This document shows positions 10,871 to 20,490 of a stretch of 64,000 nt of DNA, one piece after another. The position numbers were made by a program, and so were the translations under genes. The notes below the pieces were generated by a model. It searched no databases, was not told where the DNA came from, and saw only the letters and a list, made by a program, of their open reading frames with translations. Within the stretch, counting starts at the first letter, position 1, and every line of letters begins with the position of its first letter. The DNA comes from an uncultured Gammaproteobacteria bacterium (lineage in GTDB: Bacteria; Pseudomonadota; Gammaproteobacteria; JABCZS01): contig CAWKDC010000001.1 in the NCBI GenBank assembly GCA_963848305.1, positions 1,024,001 to 1,088,000 on the forward strand. Reading direction: 5' to 3'.

Positions 10871-12883
10871 CTAATCCTCATCCGTTGCAAATGGCTTAGG
10901 TAATTCAGCATCGCTATATTGCCAAGGCGGCAACAGATTGCTGCCGAAATTATTTGGCTCGTGGCTCAATATTTGTAAATTGCGGATGGTATTGTATTTG
11001 TCTTGTGACACCACATTGTTTTGTTCACCATCACGCATGATCACAGGGCGCATGAAAATCATTAAATTGGTTTTTTCACTGCTCTTCTTATCACTCTGAA
11101 ATAATTTGCCCAATAAAGGAATATCACCCAATACTGGTACTTTATCAAGCGACGTTCTTTCTTCAGTGGAGATCAACCCCCCCAGCACCAAAATATCACC
11201 ATCATCCACCAAGACTTGTGTATTGATTTCACGTAACGCAGTGGTGGGTTTATTATTCATTGAAGGCCCTAGGTTATCCACTTTTTGCATGATCTGCATT
11301 TGAATTGCATCGCCACTTGTGATTTGCGGCAAAATATTGAGCTCAAGGCCAACATCACGGTATTCCACTGTGATAAATGGTGTGACAGTATTTTCGCCCC
11401 CCGTCGTTGCATACTGCCCAATTTCAAATGGGATACTGGCGCCCACTTTGATCTGTGCAGACGCATTGTCCATCGCCACCAATGACGGTGTTGAAAGCAC
11501 GTTCACACTCGTATCTGATTCAAGCGCATGCAATAGAAAACGCAAATCGCCGTTGCGAATAAATCCCACCGTTAAGCCTGAGCCAGGCAATGCATCTGAA
11601 CCATTATCGATATTCTGCTGATAGGCATTGATCATACCCGCAATATTGCCATCATCTCCTGGGAAACTCGTGCCCCCAGCCAGATCGCCTGCGCCACGCC
11701 ATTCGGCCGCCCATTCATCCGCTCTTTTGCCGCGCACTTCCACAATGATGGCTTCCACCAACACTTGTGCACGACGCACATCCAACCGGTGAATCACATT
11801 TTTCATGCTTAACATCAAACTTGGTGGAGCAGTGATGATCAATGCATTGGTATTCGGTTCTGCTTGTACGCCATAAGGGCCGATCACAACCCCGGCTGCT
11901 TGACGTTCATTTTCCAATGTATCGTCGCCTTTCTTTTGATTCAATTGGGCTTTGGTCGTATCAAATACGGTAGGTTGCGTCATTTGTGAGCGGGCTGCGG
12001 TTTTGCTTCCATTTGCTGAACGCGCTTCCATTTGTGCAGCGTAGCTGTCTAATATGTTGCCCAGCACAGGAACCAGTAGTTCTGCTTTTTGATATTTTAA
12101 ATAGATGACCTGTGTATTACCTTGTTCAGGTACTTTCACATCCAGTTTTGTAATCAATGCTCGGATGTTGTCTCGCGTGGCTTTATCACCACTGAAAATC
12201 ACACTGTTGGTTCTATCATCCGAACCCACGGTCACATTGCTTGCCTCGGGGCCACGACGTTGTGCTTGCAACACTTGCGTCAAACCGGTCACCACATCTC
12301 CCGCAGAAGCATGCTCTAATTGCATCACTTCCATGCCTTCTGCATCTTCGACATCGAGACGTTTGATCAAATCCAGAATGCGTTCCACATTAGACGCCCT
12401 ATCAGCGATGATCAAACTATTAGAAGGGCCATATGCAGCCAAGTGACCAGAAGGTGAAACAAGATTACGCAACGTCGGTACCATTTGAGCTGCAGACACA
12501 TGATTCAACACGATCACTTCCGCCACCACAGAAGCCCCTTTCGACGAACCCCCTGTCGCGCCGCCTGTATGTCGCACTTGCGCATCAGGCACAATTTTAA
12601 TCACGTTGCCTTCCGGAATGGCGGCATAACCTAATACTTGCAAGGCAGATAAATACACTTCATAGGTTGCATCGCTGTCCAGATCGGTTGATGAAATCAT
12701 GGTGATTTTGCCGGACACGCTAGGATCCAGTAAGAAATTTTTGCCGGTCACACGGGATACTTCTTCCGTCACAATTTTAATGTCAACGTCTTGAATATTC
12801 CAACGGCGTTTTTCAGCAGCAAAAACAGAGCAGGTAAGCAAGACACCGAGAAAAAGACAGGCTATTGTTCGATAAAGCTTCAT
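10871..12883 (-). CDS. gspD: T2SS secretin GspD
   Basis: Signal peptide, N-domain repeats, QVLVEAIIVEV, KVPVLGDIPLLGKLF. Confidence 0.95.
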   Translation of the reverse strand: MKLYRTIACLFLGVLLTCSVFAAEKRRWNIQDVDIKIVTEEVSRVTGKNFLLDPSVSGKITMISSTDLDSDATYEVYLSALQVLGYAAIPEGNVIKIVPDAQVRHTGGATGGSSKGASVVAEVIVLNHVSAAQMVPTLRNLVSPSGHLAAYGPSNSLIIADRASNVERILDLIKRLDVEDAEGMEVMQLEHASAGDVVTGLTQVLQAQRRGPEASNVTVGSDDRTNSVIFSGDKATRDNIRALITKLDVKVPEQGNTQVIYLKYQKAELLVPVLGNILDSYAAQMEARSANGSKTAARSQMTQPTVFDTTKAQLNQKKGDDTLENERQAAGVVIGPYGVQAEPNTNALIITAPPSLMLSMKNVIHRLDVRRAQVLVEAIIVEVRGKRADEWAAEWRGAGDLAGGTSFPGDDGNIAGMINAYQQNIDNGSDALPGSGLTVGFIRNGDLRFLLHALESDTSVNVLSTPSLVAMDNASAQIKVGASIPFEIGQYATTGGENTVTPFITVEYRDVGLELNILPQITSGDAIQMQIMQKVDNLGPSMNNKPTTALREINTQVLVDDGDILVLGGLISTEERTSLDKVPVLGDIPLLGKLFQSDKKSSEKTNLMIFMRPVIMRDGEQNNVVSQDKYNTIRNLQILSHEPNNFGSNLLPPWQYSDAELPKPFATDED

Positions 12884-12902
12884 TCATACCATCCTTGTGC
12901 GA

Positions 12903-13337
12903 TCACAGACGCGAAGTAGGCAATGGTAACATACTTTGCTCCCCGGCTTTTTCCAATACAACCTGCGCATCGTGAACAGCAATCAAGGTGCTGCCATTGG
13001 GTAAACGATCACCCACGATATACAGCTTGGGCTGCTTACCCTGAGCAGCGATGATCGCGGATCCTTTTTCGGGTACTTCACCCGTGAAAATCCCACGCAA
13101 TAATAACCCTCCCTCCGCCATTTTCAGCAGGGAGGGCGATTGACCAAAAATACCTTCAATGTCGACAGACTGATCGGCGCGGGGGGCGTGCGAAGTGGCA
13201 GTGACCTTGGGGCGATGGGATTCATCAGAGAACACTTGCCAAAAGCCCACGAGAGAATTCACTATAATGATACCGGCCAAGCCAAGAAGCCAAGGTATGA
13301 AAGGCATAACGCGCTTGACGTAAGTAGGTAACAGCAT
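12903..13337 (-). CDS. gspC: GspC-like protein (TM plus HR domain, no PDZ)
   Basis: LLLRGIF...SAIIA...YIVGDRLP...VVLE; immediately upstream of gspD. Confidence 0.75.
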   Translation of the reverse strand: MLLPTYVKRVMPFIPWLLGLAGIIIVNSLVGFWQVFSDESHRPKVTATSHAPRADQSVDIEGIFGQSPSLLKMAEGGLLLRGIFTGEVPEKGSAIIAAQGKQPKLYIVGDRLPNGSTLIAVHDAQVVLEKAGEQSMLPLPTSRL

Positions 13338-13456
13338 GATTTCCCCTTAGTTTAGTTTGATGATTTTCTATTGGGCACACTCTACTCTGTTTGCCCTATT
13401 AAGTCAAGGGCATGATACTATACTGGGATAACTTTTTTGCAAGGTGGGCACAATCC

Positions 13457-14338
13457 ATGTCATTGATAGAGCAAGATATTATTCAGGGCTTTCTTTTCCA
13501 AGGCATGCCCATTCGAGGCATCCTCGTTCGGCTTCATGGCAGCTACCAAACTGCCATCAGCAAACACAACTATCCCACGGTCGTTCAAGGCTTGCTCGGC
13601 GATGCTTTATGCGTCGCTGCCCTGCTCGCCCACACCACCAAAATCCAGGGAACGATTTCACTCCAAGCCCAGGGCACCTATCCTGTTAACCTACTCTTGG
13701 CTGAATGCACGAACAAATACCACCTGCGAGGGCTCGCCAAACACGCCGAGCAGGTTTTGCCCGGCAGTTTGGCAGAGCTGTTTGGCGCAGGTCAAATGGC
13801 CGTCACCATGAAACTGGAAGGCCAAAACCAACAATATCAAGGTGTTATTCCTTTAGTCGGTGAAAACCTCGCTCAAGCCATCGAAAGTTATTTTATTCAA
13901 TCCGAACAAATTCCCACGAAAATTTACCTCGCGCATGATGGCAACACTGCCGCAGGGTTGCTGTTGCAAATTCTCCCCAGCGATTTGCCTTCTGCCCCTG
14001 ACGATTGGCAACATATCACGACACTCAGCAACACCCTCACCCCCGAAGAATTATTAGGGCTGTCAAACACGGATATTTTACGCCGTTTATACCATCAAGA
14101 ATCTATTCATTTATTTGAAACGCAGCCGCTGACATTCCGTTGCTCCTGCTCTCGCACGCGGATTGAAGCGATGCTATTGTCTCTCGGTGAGGCGGCCCTC
14201 AAAACCGTTTTGGATGAAAAAGGAATGATTGATACGCATTGCGAATTCTGCAACCACCACTATATTTTTGATACGGTGGATGTGCATCAATTATTAGCCG
14301 ATCCCACCAGCCATACTTTTTCAACCAAGGAACACTGA
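13457..14338 (+). CDS. hslO: Hsp33 redox-regulated chaperone
   Basis: YQGVIPL, YFIQSEQIPT, CSCS...CEFC zinc motif. Confidence 0.95.
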   Translation: MSLIEQDIIQGFLFQGMPIRGILVRLHGSYQTAISKHNYPTVVQGLLGDALCVAALLAHTTKIQGTISLQAQGTYPVNLLLAECTNKYHLRGLAKHAEQVLPGSLAELFGAGQMAVTMKLEGQNQQYQGVIPLVGENLAQAIESYFIQSEQIPTKIYLAHDGNTAAGLLLQILPSDLPSAPDDWQHITTLSNTLTPEELLGLSNTDILRRLYHQESIHLFETQPLTFRCSCSRTRIEAMLLSLGEAALKTVLDEKGMIDTHCEFCNHHYIFDTVDVHQLLADPTSHTFSTKEH

Positions 14339-14839
14339 ATGATACTCAAACGTCCGCTCCCTTTTGTGATCATGTTGATTTGCCTGGGCTCATTGTGCTT
14401 CGGCTATTATTTGCAATATGTTGAACATCTCCAGCCCTGTTTGTTATGCATCGCGCAGCGTATCGCATTATATGTCATCGGGATATCTGCCGCCTTGTTG
14501 TGGCTTTACCCATTTCAAACCTTTGGCCGATGGCTTGGGAACGGCTTGATATTGCTGTCCGCCTCTGCTGGCATTTTTTTTGCGGGCAAACAATTGTATT
14601 TGGAATCGTTGCCCCCTGAATTGCGTCCTGCCTGCACCATTCCGTTTGAAATGCTGATTCAAAACCATGAATGGGGCGATGCTTTTATGCAACTGATGAG
14701 TGGCACCAGCGATTGCGGCGTACGTCAGTGGGCGTTTTTGAATATGTCGCTTCCGTTTTGGAGCGGATTGGTTTTTGTGGTGGTGATTGTTTTGTTTGTG
14801 GTGGCTAAATGCCAAAAAAAGCGGCTTGTTCTATCCTAA
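14339..14839 (+). CDS. dsbB: Disulfide bond formation protein DsbB
   Basis: PCLLCIAQR, four TM helices, second Cys pair. Confidence 0.92.
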   Translation: MILKRPLPFVIMLICLGSLCFGYYLQYVEHLQPCLLCIAQRIALYVIGISAALLWLYPFQTFGRWLGNGLILLSASAGIFFAGKQLYLESLPPELRPACTIPFEMLIQNHEWGDAFMQLMSGTSDCGVRQWAFLNMSLPFWSGLVFVVVIVLFVVAKCQKKRLVLS

Positions 14840-15164
14840 ACAAGCCGCAGGGTTGTAATCGTTCACGTCATCCTTGATGTGCGAAGCACACCAATTTTTA
14901 CCCCCTGAACGATCACGCACAGTGAATATTGACATCCCTGTCAAAAACTTACTTCTCTGCCCATCCATGAGCGTGGAGACAGTATCTTCGATCGCCCCCG
15001 AGGGCGCAACCCAAAAAATGATCGGTTTTTTGGGAGCCATAGACACATAATCTTATTTAAAAACAGATAGATAGCGTGCTCATGCAGATATTGACGGTTG
15101 GTTGATCAGCCAACCGCTCGCAAATGCTTAAGCAATTTCTCACAAAATAGAATGATAATATTCC

Positions 15165-15488
15165 TTAATCTTCCAGATACTGGCGCTTATTAGGCACGCC
15201 TTCCCAAGATTTTGCATCCGCAGGGGCAGGTTTCATGTTCGTGATCGTTGGCCAGGTCGCTGCATGATCAGCGTTCCACTGAATAAACATTTTCTGATCT
15301 TCAGGCACATCATCTTCCGCATAAATAGCATTCACGGGACACTCTGGTTCACACAGCGCACAATCGATACATTCCTCAGGATCGATGATCAACATATTGG
15401 GACCTTCCCTAAAACAATCCACAGGGCATACTTCGACACAATCCATATATTTACAACGCACACAATTTTCAGTGACGATAAAAGCCAT
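15165..15488 (-). CDS. fdxA: 7Fe/8Fe ferredoxin
   Basis: [17 protein letters not shown]...[12 protein letters not shown]. Confidence 0.95.
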   Translation of the reverse strand: MAFIVTENCVRCKYMDCVEVCPVDCFREGPNMLIIDPEECIDCALCEPECPVNAIYAEDDVPEDQKMFIQWNADHAATWPTITNMKPAPADAKSWEGVPNKRQYLED

Positions 15489-15599
15489 GATTTGCTCCTT
15501 GAGTAGAAAAAATATAATGCGAAAAAATTTATTTCGCAATTTTTTTCAAATGATGTATAATTTGCCAAATCCGTTTTACAATTCATTGGAGAGAATATC

Positions 15600-16169
15600 A
15601 TGGCAAAGAAATCAAAGCAACCTAAACCTGGCAAACCCAAAGCTGCTAAAGCTTCAAAAAGCCTGGGCGCAACCATCATTGCAACCTTAAAGTCCAGCAA
15701 AACCGAATTAACTCAACAAGTCAAAGGCGCTAAAAAAGCTTTAGCCGTTGCTAAAGTCGCGCACAAAAAAGAATCCGCAAAAGTAAAAGCTTCTCTCGCT
15801 CAAGCAAAAGCCACTGTTAAAGGCCCACGTGGCGCACAAGCCAAAGCAAAAACAGCATTGGCAAAAGCTCAAGCTGCTGCTGCAGCCGCGGCAAAAAAAT
15901 TAGCTGCCGCCACTGACACAGTGAATGCCTCTTTGTTGGCCTTGAAAGAAGTCACACTCCTGCAAAAAGCTGTTGCTCAATTTGAAAAATCTTGGAAGAA
16001 AGAAGCCAAGTCTGCAGCTGTTGCCAAAAAACGTGGTCGCAAAGCCAAGACAGTTGCTGTCACCGCAGCATCTACGAATGCAACCGGTAAAAAACGTGGA
16101 CGTAAGCCAAAGTCACAAGTCGTTGCAACTGAGATTGTTGAGACAGCGCCGGTTGTTGAAGTGGCCTGA
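15600..16169 (+). CDS. Lys/Ala-rich histone H1-like DNA-binding protein with two AT-hook-like motifs
   Basis: Extreme K/A content; KKRGRKAK and KKRGRKPK; RBS GGAGA. Confidence 0.7.
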   Translation: MAKKSKQPKPGKPKAAKASKSLGATIIATLKSSKTELTQQVKGAKKALAVAKVAHKKESAKVKASLAQAKATVKGPRGAQAKAKTALAKAQAAAAAAAKKLAAATDTVNASLLALKEVTLLQKAVAQFEKSWKKEAKSAAVAKKRGRKAKTVAVTAASTNATGKKRGRKPKSQVVATEIVETAPVVEVA

Positions 16170-16234
16170 TCCCGGATAAACGCTAACGCGTTTTCCGGGA
16201 TGACATGGGATAAACGCTAACGCGTTTTCCGGAT
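16168..16234. repeat. CGTC-type REP-like palindrome plus a truncated second copy
   Basis: ATCCCGGATAAACGC-TAAC-GCGTTTTCCGGGATGAC; same outer stem and GTCATCCCGGA end as the 25.7-26.4 kb arms. Confidence 0.8.
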
Positions 16235-16237
16235 TGC

Positions 16238-16263
16238 AGGGGTGCAGCATGCTGCACCCCTAC
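16238..16263 (-). repeat. GTAG-type REP palindrome
   Basis: GTAGGGGTGCAGCATGCTGCACCCCT; second copy at 55135-55159. Confidence 0.8.
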
Positions 16264-16279
16264 TACAATGGGTTCCCAT

Positions 16280-17041
16280 TTACAACACATCCATCACCAC
16301 AATCGTGTGGTCACTCGGCCGCTCAAACCCCCTCACTGATTTATCAATCACACAACTCTTCACACGTTGAGACAGTGCGTTACTCGCCAAAATTAAATCA
16401 ATCCGCAACCCTCTGTCACGCTCAAACGCTCGGGTGCGATAATCCCACCATGAATAACGCCCTTCACGTGTTTCAAACATCCTGAAGGTATCGACAAAGC
16501 CCAGCGCTAAAATCTCTTTCAACGCATCGCGCTCTTTATCTGTGCACAATACTTGCCCTGCCCATGCAATGGGATCGTAAACATCCGCATCTGTGGGCGC
16601 AATATTAAAATCCCCGAGCACGATTAATTCAGGATACGTCTGCAATTCGTTTTTTAAATAATCCCGCAAACGCGCCAACCATTTTAATTTATACACATAT
16701 TTATCACTGTCAGGGGACTGCCCATTAGGCACATACACATTCACCACGCGAATACCATCGACGGTGGAAGCCAATAAACGGCGCTCAGGATCATCCGGTG
16801 ATAAGTCACATACCACCTCTGCTTGCGGCAAACGCGACAAGGTCGCCACACCATTGTAAGATTTCTGCCCTGCAAAAGTCGCTTGATAACCCAACGCTGC
16901 AATGGCTTCCAGGGGAAACAATGCATCTTCCACTTTGATTTCTTGCAAACAAATCACATCCGGCGCATGCTCGGCAATCATTTCAGCCAAATGAGGCAAC
17001 CTCACCCGTAAAGAATTCACATTCCACGTGACAATCTTCAT
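16280..17041 (-). CDS. xth: Exodeoxyribonuclease III
   Basis: TWNVNS, CLQEIK, GDFNIAP, RIDLIL, PSDH. Confidence 0.95.
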   Translation of the reverse strand: MKIVTWNVNSLRVRLPHLAEMIAEHAPDVICLQEIKVEDALFPLEAIAALGYQATFAGQKSYNGVATLSRLPQAEVVCDLSPDDPERRLLASTVDGIRVVNVYVPNGQSPDSDKYVYKLKWLARLRDYLKNELQTYPELIVLGDFNIAPTDADVYDPIAWAGQVLCTDKERDALKEILALGFVDTFRMFETREGRYSWWDYRTRAFERDRGLRIDLILASNALSQRVKSCVIDKSVRGFERPSDHTIVVMDVL

Positions 17042-17072
17042 CAAACCTCTCCCTCTCTGATAAACTAACGAG

Positions 17073-19057
17073 ATGAACCCAACACCCTTGATCATTCAAG
17101 TCGCGGTGCCCACACCGCTGCGCAAAACTTTTGACTACCTTCCCCCGATTGGGGAAACAACTCCTATCGTACCTGGTTTGCGCGTCAAAATCTCGTTTGG
17201 TAAACGAGAATGTATTGGGATTGTGATGGGGACATCCACGGAAAGCACCTTTCCCCTCGATAAACTCAAACCTATCGAAACAGTGTTGGATGAAACACCC
17301 CTGCTAGACAGCCACCTACTCTCCCTTGCGCGCTTTGCCGCACAATATTATCACCATCCCATTGGCGATGTGTTGAGTCACTTTCTACCCGGCCCATTAC
17401 GTCAGGGCAAAATGCCGCGCGCCAAAAAAACAGCTGCACCCATCGCCATCACCTCTTTTCCACCCACATTGACGGATGAACAAGACATTGCCCTCAAGCA
17501 TATCTTAAATCACCGCAATACTTTCCACGTGTCCTTATTACAAGGCGTCACGGGCAGTGGGAAAACAGAAATTTATTTGCGCGCCATGGAACCTGTTTTG
17601 GCTGCGGGCCAACAAGTGTTGATCCTTGTCCCTGAAATTGGCTTAACCCCCCAAATTGTCGCACGCGTGGAAGCACGCTTTGGCTTGCCTGTTGCACTCT
17701 TGCATTCCGGGCTGGCGGATGGCGCACGTGCGCAAGCCTGGCTGGCCGCACAGCGCAATGAAGCGCACATCATCATTGCGACCCGTTCCGGTGTGTTTGT
17801 GCCGTTGCCCAAGCTAGGCTTGATGGTGATTGATGAAGAACACGATTTATCATTCAAACAACAAGAAGGCTTCCGTTATCATGCACGCGATTTAGCGATA
17901 TGGCGCGCCAAAGCAATGCATATTCCCATTATTTTGGGTTCCGCCACTCCTTCATTTGAAAGCTTGAAACAAGCTGAACTCGGTCGTTATACCACACTCA
18001 CGTTAAATGAACGCGCTCAAGGATTGAAAACCCCTTTAAGGGTGATTGATTTGCGCAATCAAAAAATGGACGCCCATCTCTCCCCCATATTATTAGAAGC
18101 AATTGCGCGCCGATTAGAACGCAAAGAACAGGTTTTGATTTTTTTAAACCGCCGCGGCTTTGCGCCCACCTGGATGTGTCATGCCTGCGGATGGGTCGCC
18201 ACCTGCACACGCTGTGATGCGCACCTCACCTATCATCAAGACAAACGTCTGATTTGCCATCATTGTGATCATCAAATCAAACACCTCGATCGCTGTAAAC
18301 AATGCGGCAGCCCTAGTTTTTTATTATTGGGCCAAGGCACACAACGCGTCGAAGAAACCTTGGCCAAATGTTTTCCAAACGCGCGCATTGCACGCGTCGA
18401 TCGCGATTCCACCCGTAAAAAAGATGCGTTATCCGATGTGCTCACACAGGTGCAACAAGGTGATATCGACATTTTACTCGGCACACAAATGCTTGCCAAA
18501 GGCCATCATTTTCCACGTGTCACATTGGTGGCGATATTGGACGCCGATTCGGGATTATTATCAAGCGATTTCCGCGCACCCGAACGCCTCGCACAATTGC
18601 TGACACAAGTCTCAGGCCGTGCAGGCCGCGAACATTTACCGGGTGAAGTATTTTTACAAACACACCATCCCGATCATCCCCTATTGATGGAATGGTTGCA
18701 AGGCGGCTACCCGCATTTCGCACAAAAAGCGATGCGTGATCGCGCCGCGTTAAACTTACCCCCGTTCGGCCACATGACATTGTTGCGCGCAGAGTCATCC
18801 AAACAAGAAGCACCGATGGCTTTTTTAAACGACATTAAACAATGGTTAAACCAGCATACAAAAGGTTTGCAGGTGTTGGCACCATCCCCGCTTTGATGGA
18901 AAAAAGGCAAGGCAAATTTCGCGCCCAATTATTATTGCACGCCCCTGATCGCAGCGCTTTGCATGAATGTTTACATCAATTGATGCATTTGATTGAACAG
19001 CATGTCCACCTTCGAGCCGTGCGCTTCAGCTGGGATGTTGATCCGCAAGAAATGTGA
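17073..19057 (+). CDS. priA: Primosomal protein N' (frameshift near 18879-18883)
   Basis: GVTGSGKTE, DEEHD, Cys-rich region, QVSGRAGR; C-terminus continues in the next frame to WDVDPQEM. Confidence 0.95.
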
Positions 19058-19258
19058 AAATTGAGTGTCGTGGACTCAATTTTCATGCCATGATTGGGCT
19101 ATCGAGGTGATTGTATGTTGTCTACCCAGGCGATCGACCATACAAACTGGCAGAAAACATACTTGTCATAAATTTAGAGGCTTTGCTATCAAATTTTTTC
19201 TAAAAAATACTTTTTTAAGGATTGCCTTGCCAAGGTACCTGTTTTATTGTATTTTCGT

Positions 19259-20248
19259 TTAAGCTACCCTGACTTTGTTTTTGAGCGCCATCAATTGCTG
19301 TTCAAAAAAGAGGGGGATACGATCTTCCAACCAGTATTTGGGTTTCAGCGGGTTCCATCCGGAAACAAATCCGACATGCCCACCATGTTGATACACTTCC
19401 AATTCCACTTGTTCTGACACTTCATGCGGATGCGGAATAGTTCCTTTCCCCATGAAAGGATCATCTTCTGATTGAATCAACAATGTTGGTACACGCACAT
19501 GTTGTACAAACATGCGTGAGCTGCATTGACGATAATAATCCAATGCATCTTTAAAACCATACATCGGCGCAGTGATCCGTTCATCATATTCGCGGATTGA
19601 TAAAATCGCTTTCACTGTCGCTGCATCAAAAGGATATTCATGCATTTCTGCTTTCTTCAATAATTTTGCTTTTAATGGTTTTAAAAAATATTGTTGATAC
19701 GCCCAGGCCATGCGTTTACCGAGCACGGACGTTGCGCGTTCCAAATCAAATGGCACAGACACCGCGACTGCAGCCAATAAAGGATTTTGATGACCTGTTT
19801 CACCTAACCATTTTAACAACACATTTCCACCCAATGAATAACCCACACCCATCAACGGGGTTTGAGGCTCACGGGCACGCAATGATTTCACGAATTCTGC
19901 AATATCACTCGTTTCACCGGAATGATAATTTTTGGCCGAACGATTCAACCGTTCACCACACGAACGGAAATGCACCAGCACCGCGCGCCATCCCAATTTA
20001 TCGACGGCCTGCATCATCCCTTTCACATAATGCGATTCCACGCTGCCTTCCAATCCGTGCAAAATGATCACAATCGGACCGGTGCTGCCACCTGCCCAAC
20101 GACAATCCAAGAAGTCGCCATCCGCCAATTCAAAAATCTCTTGCCGAGACGGTACCAGGCGATTCCGCCCAATAAAGCGCGCATAAACCGTTTGAAGGTG
20201 CGGGTTCTTAAGCCACCAGGCTGGTTTGAAGCGATGATCTCTGTGCAT
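19259..20248 (-). CDS. YheT-family alpha/beta hydrolase
   Basis: NPHLQT, HGLEGS, GYSLGG nucleophile, DDP, GGHVGF. Confidence 0.9.
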   Translation of the reverse strand: MHRDHRFKPAWWLKNPHLQTVYARFIGRNRLVPSRQEIFELADGDFLDCRWAGGSTGPIVIILHGLEGSVESHYVKGMMQAVDKLGWRAVLVHFRSCGERLNRSAKNYHSGETSDIAEFVKSLRAREPQTPLMGVGYSLGGNVLLKWLGETGHQNPLLAAVAVSVPFDLERATSVLGKRMAWAYQQYFLKPLKAKLLKKAEMHEYPFDAATVKAILSIREYDERITAPMYGFKDALDYYRQCSSRMFVQHVRVPTLLIQSEDDPFMGKGTIPHPHEVSEQVELEVYQHGGHVGFVSGWNPLKPKYWLEDRIPLFFEQQLMALKNKVRVA

Positions 20249-20490
20249 AGTAGTTGTCTCTCTCAGTGCTTATCTGGGATATCGGAGATTTTTGCTTTTT
20301 CTTGAAGGACGACCTACCACCAACTCTTTTAACGAATTGTTTTATATGAACATTGTTTTATGGTTGGCTATTGATCATTGCTCAGGGAGCTAGTATTTAG
20401 ACTTAATATTTATTATACTTTTGGTTGTAGGTGTCGATATAAGCGATATACGATATAAAAGTAACTATATAAATTAAGTAAGAGGTTTGC

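Noticed and set aside
14831-15046. 71-aa ORF between dsbB and fdxA
   Set aside because: No recognisable motif or RBS; cannot be supported as a gene.
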